Source of the DNA: Laetmonice hystrix
Lineage: Eukaryota
Assembly: GCA_965235115.1 (NCBI GenBank)
Contig: OZ249436.1
Location: 32,924,001 to 32,988,000, forward strand
Reading direction: 5' to 3'
DNA: 64,000 nt
Shown: positions 52,943 to 64,000 of the stretch, piece by piece
Layout of the letters: each line of letters begins with the position of its first letter
How positions within the stretch are numbered: the first letter of the stretch is position 1
The notes under the pieces: generated by a model
Databases searched by the model: none
What the model was told of the DNA's origin: nothing
What the model saw: the letters and a program-made list of their open reading frames with translations, nothing else
Made by a program: the position numbers and the translations under genes

Positions 52943-53474
52943 AGGGGCATGCTATGAAACACGTTTTTGAGGATTTCCGGCAATTATCCAACATGACCGT
53001 GTACTAGGGATCCAAGTAAATAATCCTACCACAGCATTTTGTCCTCCGACGTGTTTTCGCTGCGTATGCAGCACAAGTAGGTTCTATACGACCAAACCTA
53101 TAGATTTCTCCCAATAGCACATCTCCCGCCATAATTTGCTATAGACAACCTCCGAGCAACCTGTGTAATTGCATACTGTGTCACATCCTGTGTGTGCACG
53201 CTCTGTATGTGCTTAGTCACGTGCTTCACCTAGTTGTAAACAATTCAGCAGTTGCACTCGATCGCCCGGCATCAGAATGCCACCCAAAAAAAATAGTTTA
53301 CGAAATCGGCAGAGAAGCGGGCAAGGGAGCTTAATAAACTTCGATTTCTCACGCAAAATGAGACTGATAAGTCTGTCTTTGTTTACTAAGCAATTTTAAT
53401 GAAGGATCTCTTTATGAAAACAGCAAAAGTTCTATGAAATACCGATTTTTAACATTTCCTCATAATATGCCCCT
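52943..53474. mobile_element. Kolobok-like non-autonomous element
   Basis: TTAA|aggggcatgctatga...tcataatatgcccct|TTAA. Confidence 0.8.
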
Positions 53475-55174
53475 TTAATGACTCCCTTAGTCTACCTGCA
53501 AGGTGTAAAGAAGGATTCCAATCAGACACGGGCGGGAGGTTACAGATACAATGCCAGACGGAAAAATACTGATGTACCAAGTATTCCTCATTATGAGAGG
53601 TTCAAGTTCCATTCTTGACAACCTATAGCCAATCGTTGTATGTGGCCTGTCATCAATGTGCACACAGTGCATGTCCTCCAGTGGACGTCGAGTTGACGTC
53701 AATGGGACATGATGACAAAGTTCCTCTCATTCACTTCCATCGATTATCTAGCTGAGAGAGCCCGCCCAGAAAGCTATATTTGGCTACCGTGGTTTTAACC
53801 AAAATCGAAATCGCGCTTTTCCACTAATTTCTTTTCTAATCCTCTGATTGGGTACTGAAAGCAGGTCAGCGGTGACGCGTGTTTGACACAGATACAATCT
53901 ACATGTAATCATGTGTATGTATATGTGTATGTAGGTTTATTTTAGACCCAGAAAGAGGTACAGGAACGTATTAGCATAATCTAAATACTGGGTTAATACG
54001 TACGCAATAGCACAAGCGAATCCCAGTAACTCAGGAATCAGGAATAATACAGTTACGGAAGATAGCTCTTAGTGAGTCAAGGCAAAAACACCCTGAGTCA
54101 ATGTAGACTGTGAATCCAGGTATACACAGTCCTAAGAGGTCACGAAAAGAATCCATTGTAATTAATTCAGTACCTGGGCGGATGTTGCCTTAGGCCGTGT
54201 TCACGCCTAGGCCGTGTTCACACCTAGGCCGTGTTCACACCTAGGCCGCGTTCACATTGGAGGCTTGTTCCGACGCCTACCCGCTGTTTCGGATGGCCAC
54301 CTGAGCCACTGATACAGAACGCAATCATCCGACATAACTTACGTCGCGTAAGCCCCCGAGTTACATCGGGTAAATTGGGGGCAAAGCTATGTCGGTAGAC
54401 TATTTACGTCGGGTAACTTCAAGCTGAACGCTCGCTTGCCGACATAGCGCACCATAGTGCACCAGGGTGCGCTGGTGCATTGATGCCGCCATGGAAATTG
54501 GCCCACACTATGAAAAGAATACGCGTTTCTCGGTACCAAACCTTTGGCCATCACTACTTGATGAGGTCGACTGGTAAGTTGACCTTACCCTTACCCCTTT
54601 GTTAAAACGGCAGCTTGGCCGTCTGCGACGCCACCTAGTGGCTGTTCTGGGGTGATTGGTCCACGTGACGTGGATTCTTCCCCGCCGCCAGGGCCCTGTT
54701 TCATAAAAAATCTTACATTTTAGATTTAATCATATTGTCGATATACGATAGATTCTGTTTCATAAAAGATCGTTCTTGTCGAAGGACGATAAATTTGTCA
54801 CGACCAAATGAAAAATCGCTCAAGTGTTTCATAAAATCGTTCTTGGCTTTTTTTCAATCGTTATTTCCTCGAAAATAGTCGTTGGCCACGACCACCCCGA
54901 GGGTTGTCGTAGGATAATATAAAAACACGAAATGAGTGAATTTTGGCGAAATTTTACTACAACCGTCATTTATGGAGAGGAGAAGGAGGCGTCGGTGGTT
55001 CTTCGCGTGAATAAACCCAATTAATACTAGGTTTTACGGTGACTTATTCGTGAAACATATCGTTATTTCCTCGAAAGAAAATCGTTGGCCACGACCACAC
55101 CGAGGGTTGTTGTAGAATAATATAAAGGCGCGAAATAAGTGAATTTTTGCGGAATTTTACTTCAACCGTGAATT

Positions 55175-55363
55175 ATGGAGGGGAGACGGAGATGGTTCTT
55201 CGCGCGAATAGACCCAATTAATAGGTTTGACGGCGACTTATTCGGGAAACGGTATCGGCTGGACAAGGAGTCAGTGATCGCCCTTTCAAGAACATATGAA
55301 GACTCGCCGTTTTGCTCAACGTCTGGCGATCCAAGTAGTATCATGAATATAGTCAAAGCTTGA
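55175..55363 (+). pseudogene. Harbinger (HARBI1-like) transposase N-terminal fragment
   Basis: RRWFFARIDPINRFDGDLFGKRYRLDKESVIAL fits the R.F..R.NP....D.....RYR....I..L pattern; truncated; lies inside Harbinger TIRs. Confidence 0.7.
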
Positions 55364-55959
55364 ATTTGTCAAAATTTCCCAAATGTATTACTTAGAAATA
55401 AGTAAGGTATACTTCTTTAATAGGGTAATTCCTCTTAAAGTAATTAAGAGGCCTATATCAGCTGTGTAGGCCTAAAACTAACTCACCAAAAAATATGTTA
55501 ATAGCCCCTTCCTCATTTTGGAGATGTGTTTGGCCCTGTGCTACTACGCGACAGGGCCCAACTACAGAGTTCTGAGCGGCCTCTAGGGCGTTAGCAAGCC
55601 CACCGTTAGCCGGGCCGTAGGGGAGGTGACGGATATTGAGGGAGTCCATACTGTGCCTCTCTCATCTTGTGCTTTATCTTGGGAGATGATGACTTTTTCT
55701 TCTCTTTGTGTTCTTTGTGTTCTTTACTGGGAACATCCGGGACATGGGGTTTCTTGTGGAGGGCAAAACATAAGACATGTATGCCTACAATGTAGGCCTA
55801 CATGATTTTATCCTTTATTTACCGGATAACAAGCACTAAGTCTTAGTACTAGCCCTAGCTAGGTATCTACTAGATCTATACGGTGTAGTGTTTTCCATTC
55901 AGTAGAAATACTTGGTCGCCCAACTACTTATGTTTTTTTTACCATACCAGCCCATTATA

Positions 55960-57560
55960 AACAAGCTTGTGAAGCTTATAGCCCCCACCAAGAACTATGT
56001 ATTCTTGAAGAAACGATGCACGACTTCAATTGATCTTTAAAGGGCAAAGAAAATATTGCCAAAGGAAACTTCGTATGTACTTCGTCCGCATCTTATAGTA
56101 ACTATGCAGTTATGTACAATTTGATAGTGTTATCCGACGTGAAGTGTTTTGTCTAGATACAGGCAATTGCAAATATGCTTGACCTTGATTGACCTTTAGA
56201 GGTTAGTTAAATTCATGGAAATTCATGATTTTCTCTCTCAATTTTTACTAAAATTAGTAAATTTCACCAGACCCCGTCAGAGTCACAGCCCACTAACTGA
56301 GTAGGGACTAATTATCTGTGGGTCCAGGAACTATGTGTACTTTTGGCACGCTTGTTGCCCCTCATGCCTTCTGTCACCAAGAAAGAAGGACAGAAAATGT
56401 CAGAGTTATTGTTTCGAATTTCTTCATATCCAAGATGGCCAGCAAGCAGCCATTTTTAATGATATGTTTGACCTGTGTCCTCCTTAGACTGTCCCTGGTT
56501 ATTATGTAATGTTGCATGCAAGATTAGATCTTGTTATCTTCAACAGATTTGGAGGTACAGGCCATTAAAATCTGCATGACCTTGATTGACCTTTCAAGGT
56601 CGCTCAAGGTCATGGGAAATGGCGCCAAATGAAACTTCATATATGACTTCCTATCTGTCAATACTAGTAACTATTGCCTTATCTTGCACCGTTGTCGAGA
56701 TACGAGCCAAAACAGTGTTATGGGGGAGTAAAAAATATTACTGTGACCGCCATGTCGCCATATTTGCTCTGATCTGAGAATACATTGGCATATTCATTGC
56801 CCCTCATATGCAACTTCTTTCTACCAAATTTGAAAGAAATCGGGATCGTTTTGTCTGAGTTATTGCTCCAAATGTGATTATATCCAAGATGGCCACCACG
56901 CGGCCATTTTGACTGATGTCAAAAATATCTTTGACCTGCCTCTACCTTGGACTGTACCTGATCATTATGTAATGTTTCATGCAAGATTATGTTGTTATCG
57001 TCAACTGTTTTAAAGATCCAGGCTATTGAAAATATACATGACCTTGATTGACCTTTCAAGGTCGCTCAAGGTCATGGAAAATGGCGCCAAATGAAACTTC
57101 ATATATGACTTCCTATCTATCAGTAATAGTAACTATTGCGTCATCTTGCACCGTTTTCGAGATATAAGCCAAAACAGTGTCATTGTGGGGGGTCAAGAAA
57201 CACATATGGCCGCCATGTCGCCATTTTGAATCTGAATTGAAATTGTATTGCGATGCATATTGGCCATCATTATGCCTCCTCCCTGGACCAGGTTCGAAAG
57301 AAATCGTGACTGTTTTGGCTGAGATATTGATGAAAATGTGTTTACATCCAAGATGGCCGCCAAACGGCCATTTTGAATGATATCAAAAATCTGTTTGACG
57401 TGCATCATACTCAAATCATCCCTGATCATTGTGTGAAGTTTCAAAGAAATCGAATTATACACTTCTGAGAAATCGCTGTCTACGGACATACGAACGTATG
57501 TACATACGGCAGAACAAGCATGTGTCAAGGGGGTATTCCCGGAATTCCCCTCCTGACGTC
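55960..57560. mobile_element. Helentron/DINE-like element with about 460-bp internal tandem units
   Basis: Shares tgacttcctat..tagtaactat..atcttgcaccgtt with 1-1150; atccaagatggcc recurs at about 56427, 56882 and 57346; imperfect hairpin near 57528-57550. Confidence 0.6.
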
Positions 57561-58790
57561 ACTATTCAGTTCATTCAACTGGTTCCCGGTTGTCTTACCC
57601 AGGGTCGACGAGGAACGATTTTCAAATATGTAACGATTTTGATTTTCTTCAACGATGCACTTTATGAAACGGAACCGACGATATATCGTAACGATTATCG
57701 TTCCTGCTACGATTTTTTAAGAATTATCGTTCTTTTTTGGTCGTGGTTTATGAAACAGGGCCCAGGACCAGGCAGACTATCATGGACGATTTAATAATAA
57801 AATGATGAAACTTGAATGGAGCAACGAACCAACTTGAGGCGACTCATTCGGCCCCGGGTCAGATAATTTAAGAAAGAATGTGAAAACTTTTGCATATGAT
57901 AATCTTTCTGGGAAAACTATTTGAGTTGTCAGATTAATCGGGTATAAAAAGATTTCTTTCTCATTTTTGCATAAAAGATTTGTTTTTAAATCCATGAAGG
58001 TGATCTCATAATTAGTAACTGACACTGCGTCAATTCATCACTGCATTCTCACACACAACCCTGGCTTCCCAACCAATCCACAGTTGTGCTCGCCTAATGC
58101 ATCTTTATTGGCTGTCAGGTCAGACTCCGAGAGCCATTGCTCGGGCATTGCGCCGTGAATCAGCTCACGGTTACCAAATTATGGACCCCAGTGTTTATTC
58201 AGCTACTTACAAAGGCCGGCCGGTCGACTGAGTACGATGGTGAAAGCGACGTTTCTATGCTTATATATACAGTCCCTTGACTCACAGTCACAGACGACTC
58301 CTTCGGGATTCCAGCAACGCAAATCCATACGTAATTAGCTACACTGTTATCAGCATTCTTCCTCGATCTGCTTATCGCATTGCATGCAATTGAACGAGTC
58401 TATAATTAGCCAAGATTGGCACAAGCTGGATAGGCCTAAAGCTCGGCATCTTTGAAAAGCACCCACCGAACTTTATCTATCAGTACGATGGAGGTATAGG
58501 CATTGATAGGTATAGATAGGCATAGATAGGCATTGATGTATAGATAACGGGGACATTTCCTTCAATTGCATTTTTCGCCCTAGATCGATGCACTACGAAC
58601 ATGCCGCTTTCTACCACAAATACGTTCTGGTGAGAAAATATTGTGTACGGCCGATGCAGGCCAGCTAATTATCTGGCGGCATCTAATTATTTTATGCGGC
58701 AGCCTCCAGTTAAGTTAATTTATCCAGCGGTTGCCACATATACGTAATACATTGTGTATAAATAAGTTATGGCCACTAGCTAATTATCTG

Positions 58791-59471
58791 GCCCCAGTTT
58801 CAAGAAACTGATTTGGGTGGTCAAATTTGACTACCGGAATCAACACCGTGTTAAAGGGAGTCGTAAAATTCATTTTTTTCGATTTATGGCAGTCTTAGAA
58901 ACATATGATTCGCATACCTTGGACTCCCAGTAACATCATGTGAGACTGTTATGGCCCAGCGACCAGTATTTAGTAAGGAAAATATGCCAAATCTCTCGCA
59001 AATACGTAGCTCAGAATTAGCGAGCGGCCCACAGGATATTTGAGTTGGCCGCGGTCGGGCGATGATCACGCGTGATCACGTGACTTCCGGGTGTACATGC
59101 GGTATTTAGGTCAACGTTAGACTAGAGGGAGATTCCCTTCCACACCCGGAAGTCACGTGATCACGCGTGATCATCGCCCGACCGCGGCCAACTCAAATAT
59201 CCTGTGGGCCGTTCGCTAATTCTGAGCTACGTATTTGCGAGAGATTTGGCATATTTTCCTTACTAAATACTGGTCGCTGGGCCATAACAGTCTCACATGA
59301 TGTTACTGGGAGTCCAAGGTATGCGAATCATATGTTTCTAAGACTGCCATAAATCGAAAAAAATGAATTTTACGACTCCCTTTAATATGGATTGGAGTAA
59401 TCCGATTGGTCAAATTCATATTTGACCAACGTTTTGACTAGGGTAGTCAAATTTGACCACCCACCCGGGGC
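58791..59471. mobile_element. Harbinger-like MITE interrupted by a Kolobok-like element
   Basis: CTG flanks; gcccc..ggggc ends; inverted gggtggtcaaatttgactacc / ggtagtcaaatttgaccaccc. Confidence 0.6.
58855..59381. mobile_element. Kolobok-like palindromic MITE with 240-bp TIRs
   Basis: TTAA|agggagtcg...cgactccct|TTAA; arms 58855-59094 and 59142-59381, one mismatch seen; 47-bp spacer. Confidence 0.92.
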
Positions 59472-62400
59472 CTGGTGGCTTCTCGACAAATAAGTGGCGG
59501 CTACCTTGAGCGGCCACGGGATAATAATTTTGCGGCACCACATAAAATATTTCAACTCTGACATAACATATTCTTACTCCATTCTAACTCATGGCATCAA
59601 CAAGTGTCAATAAAGTTAAAGCGTTCGACTTTAATTTTGTACGATCGTCCATCCGCTCACCCCCCCCCCTTTTTCTTTTTTTCCATCCTTCAATATAATA
59701 TCAGGCAGGATAGTCGACTTTGATTAGCATCAATCGGCAATTGAATGTAGAAATGGTAGGGTGGGTTCTCTCCCTCCCAACCGTCCTTATAAAAATTATA
59801 TAGACTTCTATCTGCGACGACCGTTCACCATTCTATAAATGCCCCATGTAAACCTGATCAGTTGGCACGTATCTCTAGAGCAAATCCCCCCCCCCCCGTC
59901 CACATTAACAGTCTTACACGTCGGCGTTCTGATAAAACCTCGTAAGTCACTTTTTTTTATAATGATGTCCCATTCATATTCCCGATGTTTTGTTAACATG
60001 TAACATGGGAAATCAATGATTCATTTGATTGGCAAATCTAAGAGGAAAAGTGTAGAGACAGGAGTAGAGCAAACCAAACTGGCATTAAAAATTCTTACTA
60101 CATCCACGAAATAACAGGATAAATCACAGGCTGCTTCCAAGATATCTCTAAAACGTTTTCGCTCAGAAACTGTGGTTGCTCCTAAAGTCTGGAATCTCAA
60201 GAGCTGTTGTCTATTATAAAGCACAGTATATGCTATTGATATTCAACTCTTTCTTCTCTTTCTTATCTGAAATGCTATCCTGCAAAGGTTGTAAGTCTGT
60301 GACAGGGAACTCTCATTAAACCTTCACATCCAACAACAATAGTGCTGATATTAACAACACCTCCGTGCGCTGGAGGTGCTCCTGTAAATGTTTCCACTTT
60401 GCGTGCCATCTGGCACTCGTCAGCGACATAAAAACACATTACATTCTGAACGGAAAACTGAAATTGATCAATTACTGTATCGACTTCCTGCGCCATTCAA
60501 CTGGGGCAGGATGTTTTAGAAATAAATCGAAATTAACAGACATCTCTAAAACGTATTCTGCAACACTTTCACATTTGGGTTGAGAGAGAGATAATCATTT
60601 TTTTTTTAAACGAGGACATTCGGAAATAAAGATACATATTGGTTTTACACCTCAGCGACAGCCAGGGGCACTGAGACATTCACTTCTCATTACACGGAAA
60701 GTTCTTCCTTTCTTTGACGTTTTTAGACATGCTTTAAAGGGGCATTGCACTCAAATAACTCAAGGCTTAACTTATTTCAAGCATTTAAAGGTAATTCAAG
60801 ATCTACAGTAGTGTTAATATATCAGTTTTATTTTAGAACTGGTACTTTTTCACGACAACCTACCTGGAAAAAATACTGAAGTCTCATTTTATTCCATTCT
60901 ACATCCCCCGTGCGAAAGGTGTTATTATGTGATATAATCTTTTTTTACACTGTGATCTTACATTACAAAATTTAATATTGTATCAGAAGTGGCATCCCAA
61001 TCATTCTTCCCGTTGCAGGCAGCAGAGCAATTAATATTTACATGGCATTCAAGGAAGGAATAGTGACTATAATTCACTTTCCAAATCTATACTACTAGTT
61101 CTTTGCTCCTCAACTTCTTCTGTTTTTCAATTCACCGTTCGTGTTTGTAAACTGTAGGACAGAGGCCATGTGGATCTAATCCAGCATTGAGCAAAATTAA
61201 TTATGGAGATAATACAACTTGGCAAAGGCGGGAGCAAACTCTCGCTAAATCATTTCAAGACTAAAGGATCAGATACACTGAAAGTAATGTGATTAATGCT
61301 CAACCAGCAAGTTTGTCCAAAAACAAGAATACATTCCACTAGTTGTGGAGACCCATTACGTTTGACAAAACACAAACAGCTGGTGCACTGTGGGTATGAG
61401 GGGCACCGCCTTGGCAATCTGCACTGATTTCGATTTGTATTGTTGGTTCTTCTTTTTCGACTCCCTCTTTGAGAGTATACAGGACGTTGCAGAAGGAATG
61501 TCACTGAATTTTTCATTTGCTTGAATTACTGGGTTTTTTTACATGGAAAATAATCTCAACATCAGCCAAGACAATAACGGCAATGTTTTTTGCCGCATGG
61601 TCACGGTCAGGTCTCTTAAGTGAATGAAATAGTCAGTCATTCTGAAAATATCACGCACAAGCACTCCATTTAATTAAAATCACCTCACCGATTAAACGAT
61701 TAGGTACCATTAATGAAAAAGGGAAAATAATGAACTCGTAACTTTATAACTATTGTGTGATGTAATTATTTCTGATTTTTTTACTTAGGCCTAAGACAAC
61801 CTTTACTCGCCTTATCGGTAAATAATTATCTATGCTACTCTAAACTCACTTCAGAGACCAAGGTCTATAACCTATTTGCATTAAAATACTTCTTAAAGGG
61901 TTGCTTCTTTCTTTCTTTCTTTTTTGTGACACTTTGCATAGCTTGCTTCCGTTCTTTCTTACTCGGCTCTGTATACTCATCGTTTTCAAAATTATTCATC
62001 AAAGTTGAAATTTGAAAATAAAGATTTATCGAATCTTATGATAGAGGGTGGAACCGGCTCAAATAGGTCAATTGTCGTGACGTCACGAAATACCCTAAAC
62101 CTCTGATCACTGGACATCGCCATGTACCGACTTGGATCGTTGTATCTTCAAAGAGTGCCAGCTGAACAAGGGAAATATGTAGAAGGGGTTTTATAGATGA
62201 TACGTCCCAATACACCCTATACAACATAACCCGTCCACCAATACACATAGTGCTATACGAAAAACAGAAAACAGACCCCTAAGGTATCGATCCTGAAAAG
62301 GACAAATGCCGAAACCCTTAGTAACGGCATCCCCTGGGGGTATGTAATAGAACTACCCGAGGTTGGGGCACGGGGTTCGCCCTCTGGTAGCAGGGCAGAG

Positions 62401-63622
62401 AAATCCAATAGCAAGAACTGCCTTGCCTTTCCTCACTGGTTCTCGAAGATACGATTGCAGGGCCGGGTTACGAGCATGCGGTACCACTGTCAGACACTTA
62501 TTACCTTCATCGACGATCCCGCGGTCGACAATTGCATAAGGTCGAGCAATAAATGCCGAGTCAGATGCCAAACTACTTACATCAATGGTAAATACATAGA
62601 GATTCGGGGAGACATTCGGTAAGGGAAGCTGAGACGACGGGCCAAGTCATTGATCGATCTTCACGAACCAGGCCCATTCTCGTTTCTCCTTTATCAAAGA
62701 CCCTATAACATTTAGCTCCGGAGCTTTCCAGGCCGTTTCTTGCAAGTACTCAAAATATAAAAGTCGGGGCCCACGCCTTAGGTTTAGCTACATCTGTCAT
62801 TCTGGAAAATTATAAACGTCATCAATTATAAATGTAATCAAATTTAAAATTAAAACGGAAAACTAATAGTAATGCCCTTCTGATTTGATAGATATAAATA
62901 CAAGTAAAATCTAGGAAAGAAAAGATGGATGCGCAAGAATAAACATGACATTTGGCGAAAAACTGGAACGTAATTAGGTCGTCTCAAGAGCATTCGGAAT
63001 TTGATGTCACCTTGACAATGAATTCATTTAGCCACGTTTTCGCATCCAGTTTATCGCCAGGCGTCGGCAGTACATCTCCAAGGCGCCAATAATCCTGCCA
63101 GGGAGTGTGGGTGAGATTAGAAAGGGTGCCACGCCAAGGGCACTGGTAAATACCCTCTCTCCCTAGCCACACCGTCAGCCCCTTTCCCCCAATACGTCAC
63201 CTTCACATGGACCTCTCAACACCAACAGCTGTGCCAAGCCTGTATACGGAGGAGGAGAAGCACAAACAGTTGGTGTAGTGACCGAAGTCTTCGTGAGAAG
63301 CGCCCCCCCCCCCCCCCTAAAGAAAAGTCCAAACAAGTGAGAACGGCTGGTTATACCTTTCGATGATATATACAAGTAGCCTAATTTGATCAAAGCCATC
63401 TTATATCGATGGCTGGATACGAGATTCATGTCGCGTTCTTGCTTTGACAATGACCATAACTCACCACATATTGCAATACAGAAGAGGGTTGCAGCGGGCC
63501 TATTGTGTGGAACATGGCCATGACACTGTGGATTTTAACACAAAACAAACAGCCTACCACAAAATAGTCTCGATCACAAACCCTTTTTCCCGCTAAAGGC
63601 CGCTCGGCGTCCAGCTTGCGGA

Positions 63623-63678
63623 GTGACTGAGTAGTGGTGGTTTTGCGCCGTGTCGGTATCCGGGGCCATCTTCACGGC
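63623..63678 (-). mobile_element. 5'-truncated retroposon tail with 12-bp TSD
   Basis: ccagcttgcgga at 63611-63622 and 63679-63690 flanks a 56-bp insert. Confidence 0.6.
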
Positions 63679-64000
63679 CCAGCTTGCGGACAGGAGGACT
63701 GGTGGTCGAGTCTAACCCCCTAACGGGAGACGACTAGAAATTGCTCAGTCGAACACAACATATCGCCTTGTGGAACAGGTTGAGAGAAGTGATGTATGAG
63801 TGCTCTTTGTTTAAGTGTGCATGTCATTTTCAACTAAAAGATAGAACACTAGCCTATATAGAACACAGCAATATAGCAAGTTTTTAAAATCCTAAATTAT
63901 CAAATAATTCTGAATTTTGGGGTCATTACATCGGCTTTCGATCTTAGTAAAGGTCTGTTTTAGGGAAGGCCAAGGTTTTACTAAATCGTGCTGACCGAAT

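Larger units (their letters stand above)
54692..57762 (+). mobile_element. PIF/Harbinger deletion derivative with nested insert
   Basis: TIR ggccctgtttcataaa / tttatgaaacagggcc; CAG TSD; transposase N-terminal remnant at 55175-55363. Confidence 0.85.

Noticed and set aside
58884..59352. Two near-identical 61-aa ORFs on opposite strands
   Set aside because: Mirror translations of the palindromic TIRs
60734..61900. Possible Kolobok-like left end (ttaaaggggcattgcac)
   Set aside because: No matching right terminus found in the window
63175..63450. NLVSSHRYKMALIKL, similar to a CR1/L2 ORF2 C-terminus
   Set aside because: A single weak motif; not supportable without a profile search

Overview
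Eukaryotic (metazoan, probably marine invertebrate) genomic DNA, not prokaryotic. The main feature is a minus-strand, multi-exon receptor (membrane) guanylyl cyclase gene of the natriuretic-peptide-receptor / Gyc76C-like type. I traced 16 internal GT-AG exons from 38405 down to 1819 (2277 nt, 759 codons, all splice phases compatible). They encode part of the extracellular ANF-receptor domain, the juxtamembrane Cys pair, one TM helix, the kinase-homology domain, the coiled coil and the start of the cyclase domain. I did not find the 5' exons in 38406-64000, and the 3' exons lie below position 1. The introns are full of mobile DNA: Harbinger/PIF-like elements with CWG target duplications (one 5.8 kb element holds an inverted copy of itself), TTAA-flanked Kolobok-like elements (one a near-perfect 240-bp-arm palindrome), Tc1/mariner-like and hAT-like MITEs, Helentron/DINE-like elements with internal tandem arrays, a solo-LTR-like insert, decayed retroelement fragments, minisatellites, and one tRNA-Ala(CGC) gene or pseudogene. 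I found no CRISPR array and no convincing new multi-gene system. TE family names are by-eye assignments from termini and motifs, not database results.
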